DNA of 64,000 nucleotides from the sequence record MZ574432.2, one strand, 5' to 3'. Shown here one piece after another: positions 1-8,313 of this stretch. The notes beneath the pieces are model-generated. The model ran no database searches. It was not told where the DNA came from and was given only the letters and a program-made list of their open reading frames with translations. The translations under genes were made by a program, and so were the position numbers. Position 1 is the stretch's first letter, and every line of letters starts with the position of its first letter.

Positions 1-43
1 CAGGCGTCGTCGCCGCGCTTGTGGATTGCGATTTCGTCGATCA

Positions 44-343
44 TCAGCGGACCCGGTTGTTGCGTTGGAGGGCTTCGACCGCGTCCTTGCGCGTGATGTA
101 GCCGCCAAAACGCTGCCCCGGACGCGTCTTGGCTTCGTAGTACCAGCGAGGGCTTTCCCAGGCGCGCGCCACGATGCGCTCGCCCGGAATGGATTTCTCC
201 TGGCGCTCGGGACGCTGACCGATCCAGCCGATCACTTCGCCGTTACGCTCGACGGCGTAGCGCGCCATCTTCTTCTGCTTGCCGCCCTTGATAAGGATCG
301 GCGCGAAGATGTGCGGTAACGGCTTGAAGACAAGATCGGTCAT
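44..343 (-). CDS. hypothetical protein
   Basis: ORF with GAGGAG RBS, downstream of promoter element at 391-409. Confidence 0.75.
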   Translation of the reverse strand: MTDLVFKPLPHIFAPILIKGGKQKKMARYAVERNGEVIGWIGQRPERQEKSIPGERIVARAWESPRWYYEAKTRPGQRFGGYITRKDAVEALQRNNRVR

Positions 344-390
344 GCGGGCTCCTCTGTTGGTATGGTCTAGTTAGGGGAGGCTTGGGAGCC

Positions 391-409
391 TGTCAACAGC
401 TTTCTTGCA
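391..409 (-). promoter_or_regulatory. conserved 19-bp promoter element (TGCAAGAAAGCTGTTGACA)
   Basis: Exact motif on minus strand; 17-nt spacer then TAACTA. Confidence 0.85.
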
Positions 410-410
410 C

Positions 411-629
411 TTACTGGGATTCGTAATTGTCGTCGACTTCATCGAGCAGGGCGCGAAGCTCCCGACGAGCGTCGTGGTTGTTCATGATCTTCATGAGCAA
501 GGCCACGGCGCTGTCCTGGGTCGTGCGCCCCAGTTTGGTGGAGAGGAGGTTCCCCACCCACGCCACCAGGGTCACATACTTCAGGGTGCCCCGGACCGTG
601 ATAAGGGGCTTAGGACTCGGCAGCATCAC
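411..629 (-). CDS. hypothetical protein
   Basis: ORF fills gap between 610 and promoter element; start uncertain. Confidence 0.6.
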   Translation of the reverse strand: MMLPSPKPLITVRGTLKYVTLVAWVGNLLSTKLGRTTQDSAVALLMKIMNNHDARRELRALLDEVDDNYESQ

Positions 630-1332
630 CAGCCTGGGGCGTTTCGAAGGCCAGTTTCAGGACGTCGTCGACCTTGTCGGGCGCCAGCAGGCCTTGAGCG
701 ACGGCTTGCGCCAGGGCCTGCTCGCCCAGGCGCTTCTTGCCTAGTTCGAAGTAGGCCTCGATCTCGCCATAGGCGCGATCACGCATCTTGTCGGCCTGCT
801 CGGTGGCGCGGTCGACCAGATGCGGCAGGTTGCCCGTCGCCTCGCGCAGCGCCGTCTGGAGTTGTTCGAGAAGCTCGCGAAGCTCGGCCTTGCGCGGCGA
901 GCCGCCGTCGAGAATCTTTTGACACATGTCGACGGCTTCCTTGACGGCCGCCATGGCTGCCTGGGCGTCCCTGGCGATCGCCTTGCCGGCGCGCTCATGG
1001 CCGTCAGCCCGCTGGCTGGTCGGCGGCTCAGCCATGCCGACGTATTGGCCGCCGACCATGCGCCGCTGAATGGTGCAGGGCACGCCCTCGGTGCCGACGC
1101 CGGTGATCAGTTGCGCGAACTGCACTTCGGAAAGGGCGATCTGGATGATCTCGCGATGCCCAAAGAAGCGTGCGTCCACACCGCGTGTGTAGCGATCGGC
1201 CTCCACGACCTTCAGGGTCAGGTAATGACCCACAGGCCATTCGACGCCGACGAGGTTGCGTTCGCCGCTGGTGCGCAGAACCTGGACGCGTCCGAAGGAT
1301 TCGTGCGTTTCCTTGATCTCGTCGTCGGCCAT
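610..1332 (-). CDS. conserved phage hypothetical protein
   Basis: RBS CAGGAGAC; HESFG...SEVQFAQLIT...GVPCT pattern resembles a family seen in large phages. Confidence 0.8.
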   Translation of the reverse strand: MADDEIKETHESFGRVQVLRTSGERNLVGVEWPVGHYLTLKVVEADRYTRGVDARFFGHREIIQIALSEVQFAQLITGVGTEGVPCTIQRRMVGGQYVGMAEPPTSQRADGHERAGKAIARDAQAAMAAVKEAVDMCQKILDGGSPRKAELRELLEQLQTALREATGNLPHLVDRATEQADKMRDRAYGEIEAYFELGKKRLGEQALAQAVAQGLLAPDKVDDVLKLAFETPQAGDAAES

Positions 1333-1384
1333 GAGGTCTCCTGTGCGTTGCTCTTGAGGGAGGTTTACGACCCGCCCTCAAGGC

Positions 1385-1403
1385 TGTCAACAGTTTTCTT
1401 GCA
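1385..1403 (-). promoter_or_regulatory. conserved 19-bp promoter element
   Basis: TGCAAGAAAACTGTTGACA, 17-nt spacer, TAAACC. Confidence 0.85.
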
Positions 1404-1407
1404 GAAT

Positions 1408-1815
1408 TTAGTAGTGCTTGGACAGGAGCCCGCGCTGGTCCCAGATGTTCGGACGCGGCTGGATGTAGGGGTTACGCGGATCGTCCCAGGCCAGGGAGTA
1501 GTCCAGGCCGATGATCCTGGCGCAGTCGGCGCCGATCAGGAACCAGCCCATGTCCGAGCCGTGGCGGGGCCAGCCGTCGAGCGGTTCTGGGTAGGGCTCG
1601 ACCTGGACGAACAGCGCCTCGTCGTCCGGGTGCAGGGCGTAGGGACCGCCACCGACGCAGTGGACGACACGGCGGGCCTGCTCGGGCTTGAGGTCCTTCT
1701 GGCAGCGGCAGCACCAGACGTCGGTCTTGGGATCGCGCCGATAGTCAGGGTCCATCCACACCGCCCGATACGGGACACCGGGATGGAACTCCTGCACGAA
1801 CTTGGCCTTAGCCAT
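1408..1815 (-). CDS. hypothetical protein (Cys motifs)
   Basis: ORF in leftward gene chain. Confidence 0.7.
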   Translation of the reverse strand: MAKAKFVQEFHPGVPYRAVWMDPDYRRDPKTDVWCCRCQKDLKPEQARRVVHCVGGGPYALHPDDEALFVQVEPYPEPLDGWPRHGSDMGWFLIGADCARIIGLDYSLAWDDPRNPYIQPRPNIWDQRGLLSKHY

Positions 1816-2119
1816 TCTGGCGGCCCTTCCAGCGTGCGTCCAGATCGTCGGCCGTCACGAAGATTCGCTCGGCCTCGGCGCCGCCGTAAGGACGCTCGCA
1901 GATCAGGACGACACCCGGCTGCGCCAGGGCGGCCTTCGAGCCGTGCTCGCCGCCACCTTCGGAGCCGTACTGGCTCATGTGATAGGCCGAGACGCCGAAG
2001 GCCTCGGCGGCCTTGGCCTTCGATGTCGTCGCCACATAGGCCTCGCCCTGGCGCGAATTGCCGGGGATGGCCGGATGATAGTAGGTGATGTGGTAGACCT
2101 TGAGCTTGGCCATCAGCAC
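1808..2119 (-). CDS. hypothetical protein
   Basis: ORF overlapping neighbours in operon-like chain. Confidence 0.7.
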   Translation of the reverse strand: MLMAKLKVYHITYYHPAIPGNSRQGEAYVATTSKAKAAEAFGVSAYHMSQYGSEGGGEHGSKAALAQPGVVLICERPYGGAEAERIFVTADDLDARWKGRQNG

Positions 2120-2481
2120 GTACCCGAGGCAAGGAACTCGCTGGCGCGGTCCTTGTGCAGCGCGCCGGCCTTGTCCAGAGCCTCGGCGACCTCCGCCTTG
2201 ATCGGCTTGTAGCCGCGCTTGTCATAGTAGACAAAGTCGCGGGTCTTGCCGGGATTTTCCCGCGCCCACTGCGCGTCTTCGGCCTTCATGCGCGCCATCC
2301 AGGCCTCGGCGCTCTGCTCGTCCTCGAACAGGACAAAGCCGTCCGGGCGCGGACCCCAGCCGCTCTCGTACTCGGTGCCCTCGATCACGAAGGCGAAGTG
2401 ACGCGTCGGCTTGACCGGTGCAGATGGCGGTGCGTCCGTGCGGTCGGTCATCGAAGTGCCGGGCTGAAGCGTGCGAGGCAT
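2113..2481 (-). CDS. hypothetical protein
   Basis: Start moved to ATG at 2481 behind GAGGAGAC RBS. Confidence 0.7.
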   Translation of the reverse strand: MPRTLQPGTSMTDRTDAPPSAPVKPTRHFAFVIEGTEYESGWGPRPDGFVLFEDEQSAEAWMARMKAEDAQWARENPGKTRDFVYYDKRGYKPIKAEVAEALDKAGALHKDRASEFLASGTC

Positions 2482-2536
2482 CGAGGTCTCCTCTTGGTTG
2501 TCATACGAGAACACTGCTAAGGCCGCGAGAAGCCAG

Positions 2537-2555
2537 CGTCAACAGTTTTCTTGCA
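2537..2555 (-). promoter_or_regulatory. conserved 19-bp promoter element
   Basis: TGCAAGAAAACTGTTGACG, 17-nt spacer, TAGCAG. Confidence 0.8.
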
Positions 2556-2558
2556 AGC

Positions 2559-2696
2559 CTAGCCTGCCATCAGGTCGCGCTGGTATCGCCAGCCGTCCAG
2601 CCAAGACCAGCGGTCAAGATCAAAAAAGCCATAGGGGCAGGCGGATTGGGGCTGGCCCTGGGCGTAGGCGAATTGGCCCTGCTGGAACGGGTCCAT
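2559..2696 (-). CDS. ribosome modulation factor (Rmf)-like small protein, 45 aa
   Basis: MDPFQQGQFAYAQGQPQSACPYGFFDLDRWSWLDGWR fits the G-x2-A-x3-G...CPY...W-x2-GW pattern of Rmf-like proteins; start coupled to upstream stop (TAATG). Confidence 0.55.
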   Translation of the reverse strand: MDPFQQGQFAYAQGQPQSACPYGFFDLDRWSWLDGWRYQRDLMAG

Positions 2697-3085
2697 TACT
2701 CTAACCCCATGGCCTTGCGGTAAGGCGTCATCGACCAGCCCTGGGCCGCGACCGCTTCGCCCAGGTCCGCTGCGCAGCGCAGTGTGCAGAAGAACTCGTC
2801 GACGTAAGTCACGCCGTCCCAGACGGTGACCTTGTCGATGTACTCGCCGCCGGTCTCCTTGATGTAGATTTCTTCGTAGGGCAGTCCATGGTAGCGTTGC
2901 CAGGAGACAGACAGGACCGTGCCGTTGACCAGGGTCTGGACCTCGGCTTTGGACCGAGGATAGACCTTCGCCCGGTGCTCCTCGCCGTTCTGGGCCATCC
3001 GACCAAAGTAGAGCGTGTCGACGTACTTTCTGATCGGCTTGCCGCACGAGCGGCAGAAGGGCTGTTTTTCGCTTTGGAAGGTCAT
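2696..3085 (-). CDS. hypothetical protein with CxxC motifs
   Basis: ATGA overlap with upstream gene at 3082-3085; CRSC and FCTLRC. Confidence 0.75.
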   Translation of the reverse strand: MTFQSEKQPFCRSCGKPIRKYVDTLYFGRMAQNGEEHRAKVYPRSKAEVQTLVNGTVLSVSWQRYHGLPYEEIYIKETGGEYIDKVTVWDGVTYVDEFFCTLRCAADLGEAVAAQGWSMTPYRKAMGLE

Positions 3086-3807
3086 CCGAATTCCTTGGCT
3101 AGGGCGATCGCCTTCGACAGGCTTTCGGTCTCGAAGTTGGTCAGGGTGATCTGGCCAGTCTCGGCCTTGCACCGGATCGACTCCAGCGCCTCGACGAGGT
3201 CGGCCTTCTCCTGCTCCAGGGCGGCCTTGGCGGCCAGCCGGCGAGCAGCGGCCTCAACCTGCGCCGCTTTGGTCGCCTTGGCGTGTGCGAAGGCTGCATC
3301 CCACGACGGCAGGCTGCCGGCGATGTACGCCTCGTAGGCGCGCAGCAGCGCCAGTTCCTTGGCCTTGACGGTGCCGTAGTGAACACCGCTGACGGCCATC
3401 CCCGGCGAGATGTCATCCAGATCGGGCGCCGCGTCGAAGTTGGCGTCCAGGCTGACCGTGAGCGGTCTGATCTTCCACTCCTTGTCCCAGCCGTGGTCCA
3501 GGAGAAGGAAGGCGAACGGTTTGCCGTCGAGCATCGCCAGATTGGCGCTCTTGCGGCTGCGGCCTTCGGTCCAGGGCGTGGCTTTGAGATCAACCCCGAG
3601 CGCCTTGATAGCGCCCTTTGCGTAGACGCGGCTGCACTCGCTGCATTGGACATGCTTGGGGTCGGACGCCTTGCGGATCACGCCGCCGATCGAGTCGTCG
3701 CCGCAAAGCGTGCGCTCACGCATGCGCGGCTTGCCTGAGTCGCTATAGACGCCGTCCTGGTAGGACTCGGCGATGAGGTGCAGGTCGTATCGGCTGCTGC
3801 GGGCCAA
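3082..3807 (-). CDS. hypothetical protein
   Basis: TTG start behind GGAGG RBS, downstream of promoter at 3856. Confidence 0.75.
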   Translation of the reverse strand: MARSSRYDLHLIAESYQDGVYSDSGKPRMRERTLCGDDSIGGVIRKASDPKHVQCSECSRVYAKGAIKALGVDLKATPWTEGRSRKSANLAMLDGKPFAFLLLDHGWDKEWKIRPLTVSLDANFDAAPDLDDISPGMAVSGVHYGTVKAKELALLRAYEAYIAGSLPSWDAAFAHAKATKAAQVEAAARRLAAKAALEQEKADLVEALESIRCKAETGQITLTNFETESLSKAIALAKEFG

Positions 3808-3831
3808 GGAAGCCTCCGTGCTGTTCCTGGC

Positions 3832-4317
3832 CTAGATAGGAGCCAACGAACGGCGTGTCAACAGCTTTCTTGCAGAATGGCCGTACCAGCGCCAGAGCCG
3901 CTTGCCGATGATGTAGATCGACCCGGTGAAGACCAAGGTCAGTTGCAGGCTGTAGAGCACGTTGATCAGGAAGGTGTAGCGGTAATTGCTGATGTGGATC
4001 GGAAGCAGGGAGGCCTTGCCGGCCCAGAAGCCTAGGTGCAGCGCGCTTTGCGTGTAGAGCGAAAGCGCGACCACGCCGATCCAGTATCTAGGTCGGATGA
4101 AAAACATCACTCCGACAAGGCTGGCCTGGACAGCGTCGATCCAGACATAGACAAACAGCGAGGTGGAATCGACATAGAAGAACCGCATCAGAGCGCAGGC
4201 GCACCAGCTATAGCACAGCATGGTGGCGACGACCTGGAGACCCTTCTGCCAGGAGAACAGCGCTGCGACGCCCATGACGAGCGTCGCAGCGGCGAAGAAA
4301 TGCCCCCAGAACCCCAT
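3832..4317 (-). CDS. integral membrane protein (about 4-5 TM)
   Basis: Several hydrophobic segments; atypical codon usage; 3' end reads through the promoter element. Confidence 0.7.
   Translation of the reverse strand: MGFWGHFFAAATLVMGVAALFSWQKGLQVVATMLCYSWCACALMRFFYVDSTSLFVYVWIDAVQASLVGVMFFIRPRYWIGVVALSLYTQSALHLGFWAGKASLLPIHISNYRYTFLINVLYSLQLTLVFTGSIYIIGKRLWRWYGHSARKLLTRRSLAPI
3856..3874 (-). promoter_or_regulatory. conserved 19-bp promoter element
   Basis: TGCAAGAAAGCTGTTGACA, 17-nt spacer, TATCTA. Confidence 0.85.
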
Positions 4318-4320
4318 GCG

Positions 4321-4560
4321 TTACGGGATCGTCGGTTCGTCTTCGGGCGGCTTGTCGTTGCCACCCGAGCGCGCGACCGCGACATCCTTGATGCGCGGAC
4401 CAAAGACACCCGCCGCGTAGTTGAGCAGGACGTTGAGACGCTTGTGGATACGATCCACCGTCGCCTTGATTTCCGGTTGTTCGGCGACCTGCGCGTGCAG
4501 GGTCGCGAAGTCCTCGGCGATGGCGCCCACGAAGTCGATGGCCTTGTCGATGATGCTCAC
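4321..4560 (-). CDS. small hypothetical protein
   Basis: GTG start behind AAAGGGAGG RBS; amphipathic N-terminus, Pro/acidic C-terminus. Confidence 0.7.
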   Translation of the reverse strand: MSIIDKAIDFVGAIAEDFATLHAQVAEQPEIKATVDRIHKRLNVLLNYAAGVFGPRIKDVAVARSGGNDKPPEDEPTIP

Positions 4561-4624
4561 TGGAGCCTCCCTTTACTCAGAACGAGGACTGCGTATCAGC
4601 CCCGCTTGAGCGACGCGAGAGAAA

Positions 4625-5011
4625 TCATTGTGACGCCGCAGCTTTCGCCGCCTTGCGTGCTTTGACTTCGGCGGTCCGCTCAGCCATGAAGGCCTCGCCT
4701 TCGACGCGGGTGCGCCACGTCTCGCGATGCTCCAGCAGGAAGGCATAGCCGGCCTCCGAAAGGCGATAGACCTTCGAACCCTTCCGTCCACGGAAGGTCC
4801 TGTTGAGGTACTCGGGCAGGTTAACGTGCCCGCGCTGGCAGAAGTCCACCAAACCGCGCTTGGCCAGCTTGGCCAGGGTGCCGGAATGGTGCGAACCATT
4901 CGTGCCGCCGACCTCCTGGGTCGTATGCCACTTGATCGGGTCGTCCCGCCACAGCGGGGCCAGTTCGTTGAGCGTGTCCAGGTCCCGCTCGGTCAGGGGT
5001 TGCAAGGCCAT
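4625..5011 (-). CDS. putative winged-helix protein
   Basis: TLAKLAKRGLVDF...VYRLSEAG recognition-helix/wing-like pattern. Confidence 0.55.
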   Translation of the reverse strand: MALQPLTERDLDTLNELAPLWRDDPIKWHTTQEVGGTNGSHHSGTLAKLAKRGLVDFCQRGHVNLPEYLNRTFRGRKGSKVYRLSEAGYAFLLEHRETWRTRVEGEAFMAERTAEVKARKAAKAAASQ

Positions 5012-5012
5012 G

Positions 5013-5261
5013 TCAGTAGTCCATGTCCATGACGACGGTGAAGGCGACGCTGCCGTCGGTCAGGGTCTCCTTGACCACCTTGACGGCCTTGACCTCGCGC
5101 CCGGAACGGTCCTGGGCGTAGAACGACAGATTGTTCTCGGGGTCCTCGTTCTCGCAGAGGTCTTGAGCCGCTTGCAGGGCTTGGATCAGATCGTAGGTCC
5201 AACCCAGGCCCTCGCCGTCGTCGCCGGCCGTTTCGAAGATGGTTTCCTTGCTCATGGTCAC
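5013..5261 (-). CDS. small acidic hypothetical protein
   Basis: ORF in chain; start may be 5255. Confidence 0.7.
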   Translation of the reverse strand: MTMSKETIFETAGDDGEGLGWTYDLIQALQAAQDLCENEDPENNLSFYAQDRSGREVKAVKVVKETLTDGSVAFTVVMDMDY

Positions 5262-5842
5262 TCCTTGCTGGCGATCGCCAGGGCCTCGGCTTCAAGGCGC
5301 GCGGCCTTGTCGCGAAGGACGCCGGCGCCTTGGGACGGCGAAAGCAGCCGGGCGGTGTCGCGCAGTTCCTGGGCCGAGCGGCGCAGGCTGGCGATCTCGA
5401 TGTCGATCTGGTTGGACGGTTCGGCGGGCACCAGGATCACCTGGACCTTGCGGTCGTAGTCACGCGACTGCTTGCGCACCTTGGTGCGGATCGGCTTGCG
5501 CTTGACGCCGTCATGGCTGTCGTGGTGGAAGGTGTAGAGCCACGTCACCATCCCCGGCGTCTCGCTGGGGACCCGCATGTCCTTGCGACGCAGCGGGAAC
5601 TTTGGCGGCTCGATCCGCGTCCAGCGATCGTCGAAAGGGATCGCCGGCTCAAAGGTCTTGGGACCACCCTCGGGAGGGCTCTCGCGGCCGATCTTGACCC
5701 CGGATGGATCGAAAAAGGCCACGTCCATCAGAACGTCGTCGCCGCACCAGTAGGATTGACGCACCTTGCCGATGGTGATGTTGCCGTCGTGGACCTCGGC
5801 GACCCAGTCGCCTTGGACGATCGGCAGTACCTTCTCGGTCAT
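5258..5842 (-). CDS. hypothetical protein
   Basis: GGAG RBS, downstream of promoter at 5899. Confidence 0.75.
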   Translation of the reverse strand: MTEKVLPIVQGDWVAEVHDGNITIGKVRQSYWCGDDVLMDVAFFDPSGVKIGRESPPEGGPKTFEPAIPFDDRWTRIEPPKFPLRRKDMRVPSETPGMVTWLYTFHHDSHDGVKRKPIRTKVRKQSRDYDRKVQVILVPAEPSNQIDIEIASLRRSAQELRDTARLLSPSQGAGVLRDKAARLEAEALAIASKE

Positions 5843-5880
5843 GATGCGGGTGCTCCTGCGGTGGAAGTTGCGGGTCTTCT

Positions 5881-5899
5881 ATGTCACGAAAAGTGACAT
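5881..5899. promoter_or_regulatory. perfect palindrome ATGTCAC-N5-GTGACAT (candidate operator) in promoter spacer
   Basis: ATGTCACGAAAAGTGACAT fills the spacer between -35 and -10. Confidence 0.6.
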
Positions 5900-5917
5900 G
5901 TCAACTCATTTCTTGCA
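5899..5917 (-). promoter_or_regulatory. conserved promoter element (variant)
   Basis: TGCAAGAAATGAGTTGACA, 17-nt spacer, TAGAAG. Confidence 0.75.
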
Positions 5918-6067
5918 CAGTTGCCCGGCCACATAGACCGCCACGCCGACGCCCAGCAGGCCCCAGATGAGGGTCGAGCCATGCAGCACGATACGCGAGT
6001 GGGACACGTAATAGACGAGGCCAATGGCGATAATAGCGGCAATCACCAAGCCAAACCTGCTGTTCAT
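5906..6067 (-). CDS. small membrane protein, 53 aa (not in ORF track)
   Basis: CAGGAG RBS; MNSRFGLVIAAIIAIGLVYY...LCKK, two hydrophobic helices; stop lies inside the promoter element. Confidence 0.7.
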   Translation of the reverse strand: MNSRFGLVIAAIIAIGLVYYVSHSRIVLHGSTLIWGLLGVGVAVYVAGQLCKK

Positions 6068-6210
6068 GCAATCTCCTGAAACCGAAGGGGCGTAAGGCCG
6101 TTGAGCCCTGCATTACCCGTTGGTGGACCAGTCCACCGAAAATTGTGTGTGACGTGGATCGTGACCCTTGTCAACGTCCGCGTCCTGTGTCTAGGTAAGA
6201 GGGTCAAGGG
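6068..6210. promoter_or_regulatory. divergent control region between leftward and rightward gene blocks
   Basis: Strand switch; minus-strand TTGACA at 6169-6174; inverted repeat GGTGGAC-CA-GTCCACC at 6122-6137; GTGAC repeats. Confidence 0.55.
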
Positions 6211-6678
6211 ATGCAGGCGTCAATGAGTCGATACACGAGCCTTTTTCAAGAGGCGGCCAAGGTGGTCGACGAAACAGAGCAGCACCCAGGTCAGTCGATT
6301 CCGGGCTACTGGGAAATGTCCGATGAGACCTCATGGCCCGTCCTCATCGGCGTGATCATGAGCAACGCCATCAACGAGGTCTGCCGTAGGCAGCCAGATT
6401 GCGTGTTCGAGCACGCCCTGGAGCGCCTTGTCGAGGTGACATCAGGCGTGCCGATGGTCGTCAAGGGCGATCCGGCCCAGATCGCGGCCAATCGACTACG
6501 GCTGGCGGCCCAGGCGAATTTCGAGCGGGTTGAAACCGCCGTCGAGCGCTTGACCCGTCTGGCCTCCCTGGCGGCCGGCGAGTTGAAGAAGCTAGCCCCA
6601 AACGACGTCGAGTTGGAGAGACTCGCCAAGGACATTCGCGTGGCCATCGGCGACGCAAAGCATGTGAGGTTGCAGTGA
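6211..6678 (+). CDS. hypothetical protein
   Basis: First rightward ORF; start could be 6223. Confidence 0.7.
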   Translation: MQASMSRYTSLFQEAAKVVDETEQHPGQSIPGYWEMSDETSWPVLIGVIMSNAINEVCRRQPDCVFEHALERLVEVTSGVPMVVKGDPAQIAANRLRLAAQANFERVETAVERLTRLASLAAGELKKLAPNDVELERLAKDIRVAIGDAKHVRLQ

Positions 6679-7250
6679 CGACGACGAAGGTGAAGTTCAA
6701 GGGCTCCAAGCGGCTGGAGCGCCGGCGGCAAGCTCGCCTGATCCAGGCGAGCGATCGGGCCAAGGCGGTCGTCAGCCCCTATAGCCGCGCGCAGCCGGTC
6801 AACAGGCCGTCCCTGCGGCACTTGGACAGCATACCGTCGGTGACGTCCCTGGCGGGTATTCTCGAAAAGCGCGCCAAGCCCTCGCCAACGCCGTTCTACA
6901 AGGACCTGCACTGGGTATCGCCGGCCAAGGATGGCGCCGCCGCCATGGCCATGAAGGTCACCGAGATGCCCAAGCCCCATCTCCTGGCTGCGATCAGCCA
7001 TGAGCGGGACAAGCGCATTGCCTTCACGCGGATGGCGAGCGCATCATTCCCAACCGCGATGAACAAGGAGGCGCGCACCCGCGCCCAGAAAGCCGCCGCC
7101 ATCCATTGTGCGTGGCTGGTCTGCCTTGAAGCCGAGGCCATGCGCCGCGACCCCTCCTACCAGCAGTTCATCACCCAGAAGGGTCTTAGCCTGACCCAAC
7201 CCACGCCGGCGGAGATCGCCGCGCTGCCGTCCGTCTTCGTGGGCTCCTAA
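6675..7250 (+). CDS. basic hypothetical protein
   Basis: GTGA overlap with upstream stop. Confidence 0.7.
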   Translation: MTTTKVKFKGSKRLERRRQARLIQASDRAKAVVSPYSRAQPVNRPSLRHLDSIPSVTSLAGILEKRAKPSPTPFYKDLHWVSPAKDGAAAMAMKVTEMPKPHLLAAISHERDKRIAFTRMASASFPTAMNKEARTRAQKAAAIHCAWLVCLEAEAMRRDPSYQQFITQKGLSLTQPTPAEIAALPSVFVGS

Positions 7251-7255
7251 AGCTC

Positions 7256-8302
7256 ATGATGTTCGTCACCCGCTATCGCGTGCCCTCGGGCCGGACCAAG
7301 ATCACCCAGTGCTTTGCTGATTCGCCTGAACACCTCCAGGAGGTGATCAAGGCCAGGGGCATGGATGAGGTCGTCGACGACTCCGGGGTCAAGGTCGCCA
7401 AGCCGAAGCTGCCCAGCCAGTGGCTGGACCAGAAGCAGTACGCCAAGGCGATGCACGCCCTCAACTGGGTGGCGATGGTGGGTGTCCAGGCTGGCGTCGT
7501 CAGCGCCTGGGACCTGCTCAACGACGAAGGCGTGCTCCATGAGATGGCGCATCTCATTGAGTATGTCGGCGACCAGCCCAAGTGGCCTTACGGGTATGGT
7601 TTGGGCCGTGGCAAGAGCATCTTCGGGCTCGACGGCAGCTACGATCCCTACCTTGAAACCCATCTGGCCAAGGTCAGGCGCCTCTGCAAGGACCTCGAAG
7701 CCAAGGTCCCTGGCGTGGTGGATCACGAGGAACCGCAAGACCTCAAGCCCGCGCCGTTCGAGGGCGTGCTGTTCAGCGACTACAAGGCGCTGGAGCAACG
7801 CGCCATCGCCATGATGATGGAGCAGATCAAAACCAAGCCGCTCCAGGTCGATGAGTTGCGTGTGGTCTATGACGAATATTTCGAAAGCAAGCCTAGGGCC
7901 GAGCGTCGCAAGCCCATCGACGCCAAGGTGAAGGCGCCATCCGAGAAGTCGCGCGACTTCGATCGCCAGCGTCGCGAGCAGTCGCAGGCCGCCAAGGATC
8001 GCAAGGCTGATCTGGTCGCCAAGCTCAAGGCCAAGGCGCCGCCGAAAGAGGAGGCTCCCAAGCCAACGCAAACGCCCGAGGCAGCCGCGATGAACCACAT
8101 CATCAAGGCCGAAGAGACGATGAGCCAGATCATCAAGGCCTACGCCAAGGAATTCGATGATGGCTTCATGCGCAACCTGATCGTCGCGAAGCCTCCCGAG
8201 TCGCCTCTCTTCCCACCGGTACGCCTCCCGGTCCAGGTCAAGCTCGACAAGGGCGAAACCGTCATACCCCGTATCTCTCGCCATTCCCTGAATCTGCCCT
8301 AG
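7256..8302 (+). CDS. hypothetical protein with HEMAH (HExxH) motif; paralog of 10043-10573
   Basis: GVLHEMAHLI; K/A/P-rich C-terminal half. Confidence 0.75.
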   Translation: MMFVTRYRVPSGRTKITQCFADSPEHLQEVIKARGMDEVVDDSGVKVAKPKLPSQWLDQKQYAKAMHALNWVAMVGVQAGVVSAWDLLNDEGVLHEMAHLIEYVGDQPKWPYGYGLGRGKSIFGLDGSYDPYLETHLAKVRRLCKDLEAKVPGVVDHEEPQDLKPAPFEGVLFSDYKALEQRAIAMMMEQIKTKPLQVDELRVVYDEYFESKPRAERRKPIDAKVKAPSEKSRDFDRQRREQSQAAKDRKADLVAKLKAKAPPKEEAPKPTQTPEAAAMNHIIKAEETMSQIIKAYAKEFDDGFMRNLIVAKPPESPLFPPVRLPVQVKLDKGETVIPRISRHSLNLP

Positions 8303-8313
8303 GTAGCTTTCCC

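Noticed and set aside
820-2088. 422-aa plus-strand ORF
   Set aside because: Antisense shadow of the leftward genes; R/P-rich nonsense composition
3832-4560. AgrB/AgrD quorum-sensing homology
   Set aside because: The membrane protein lacks the AgrB catalytic His/Cys motif and the peptide has no ring-forming Cys; kept only as an unnamed pair
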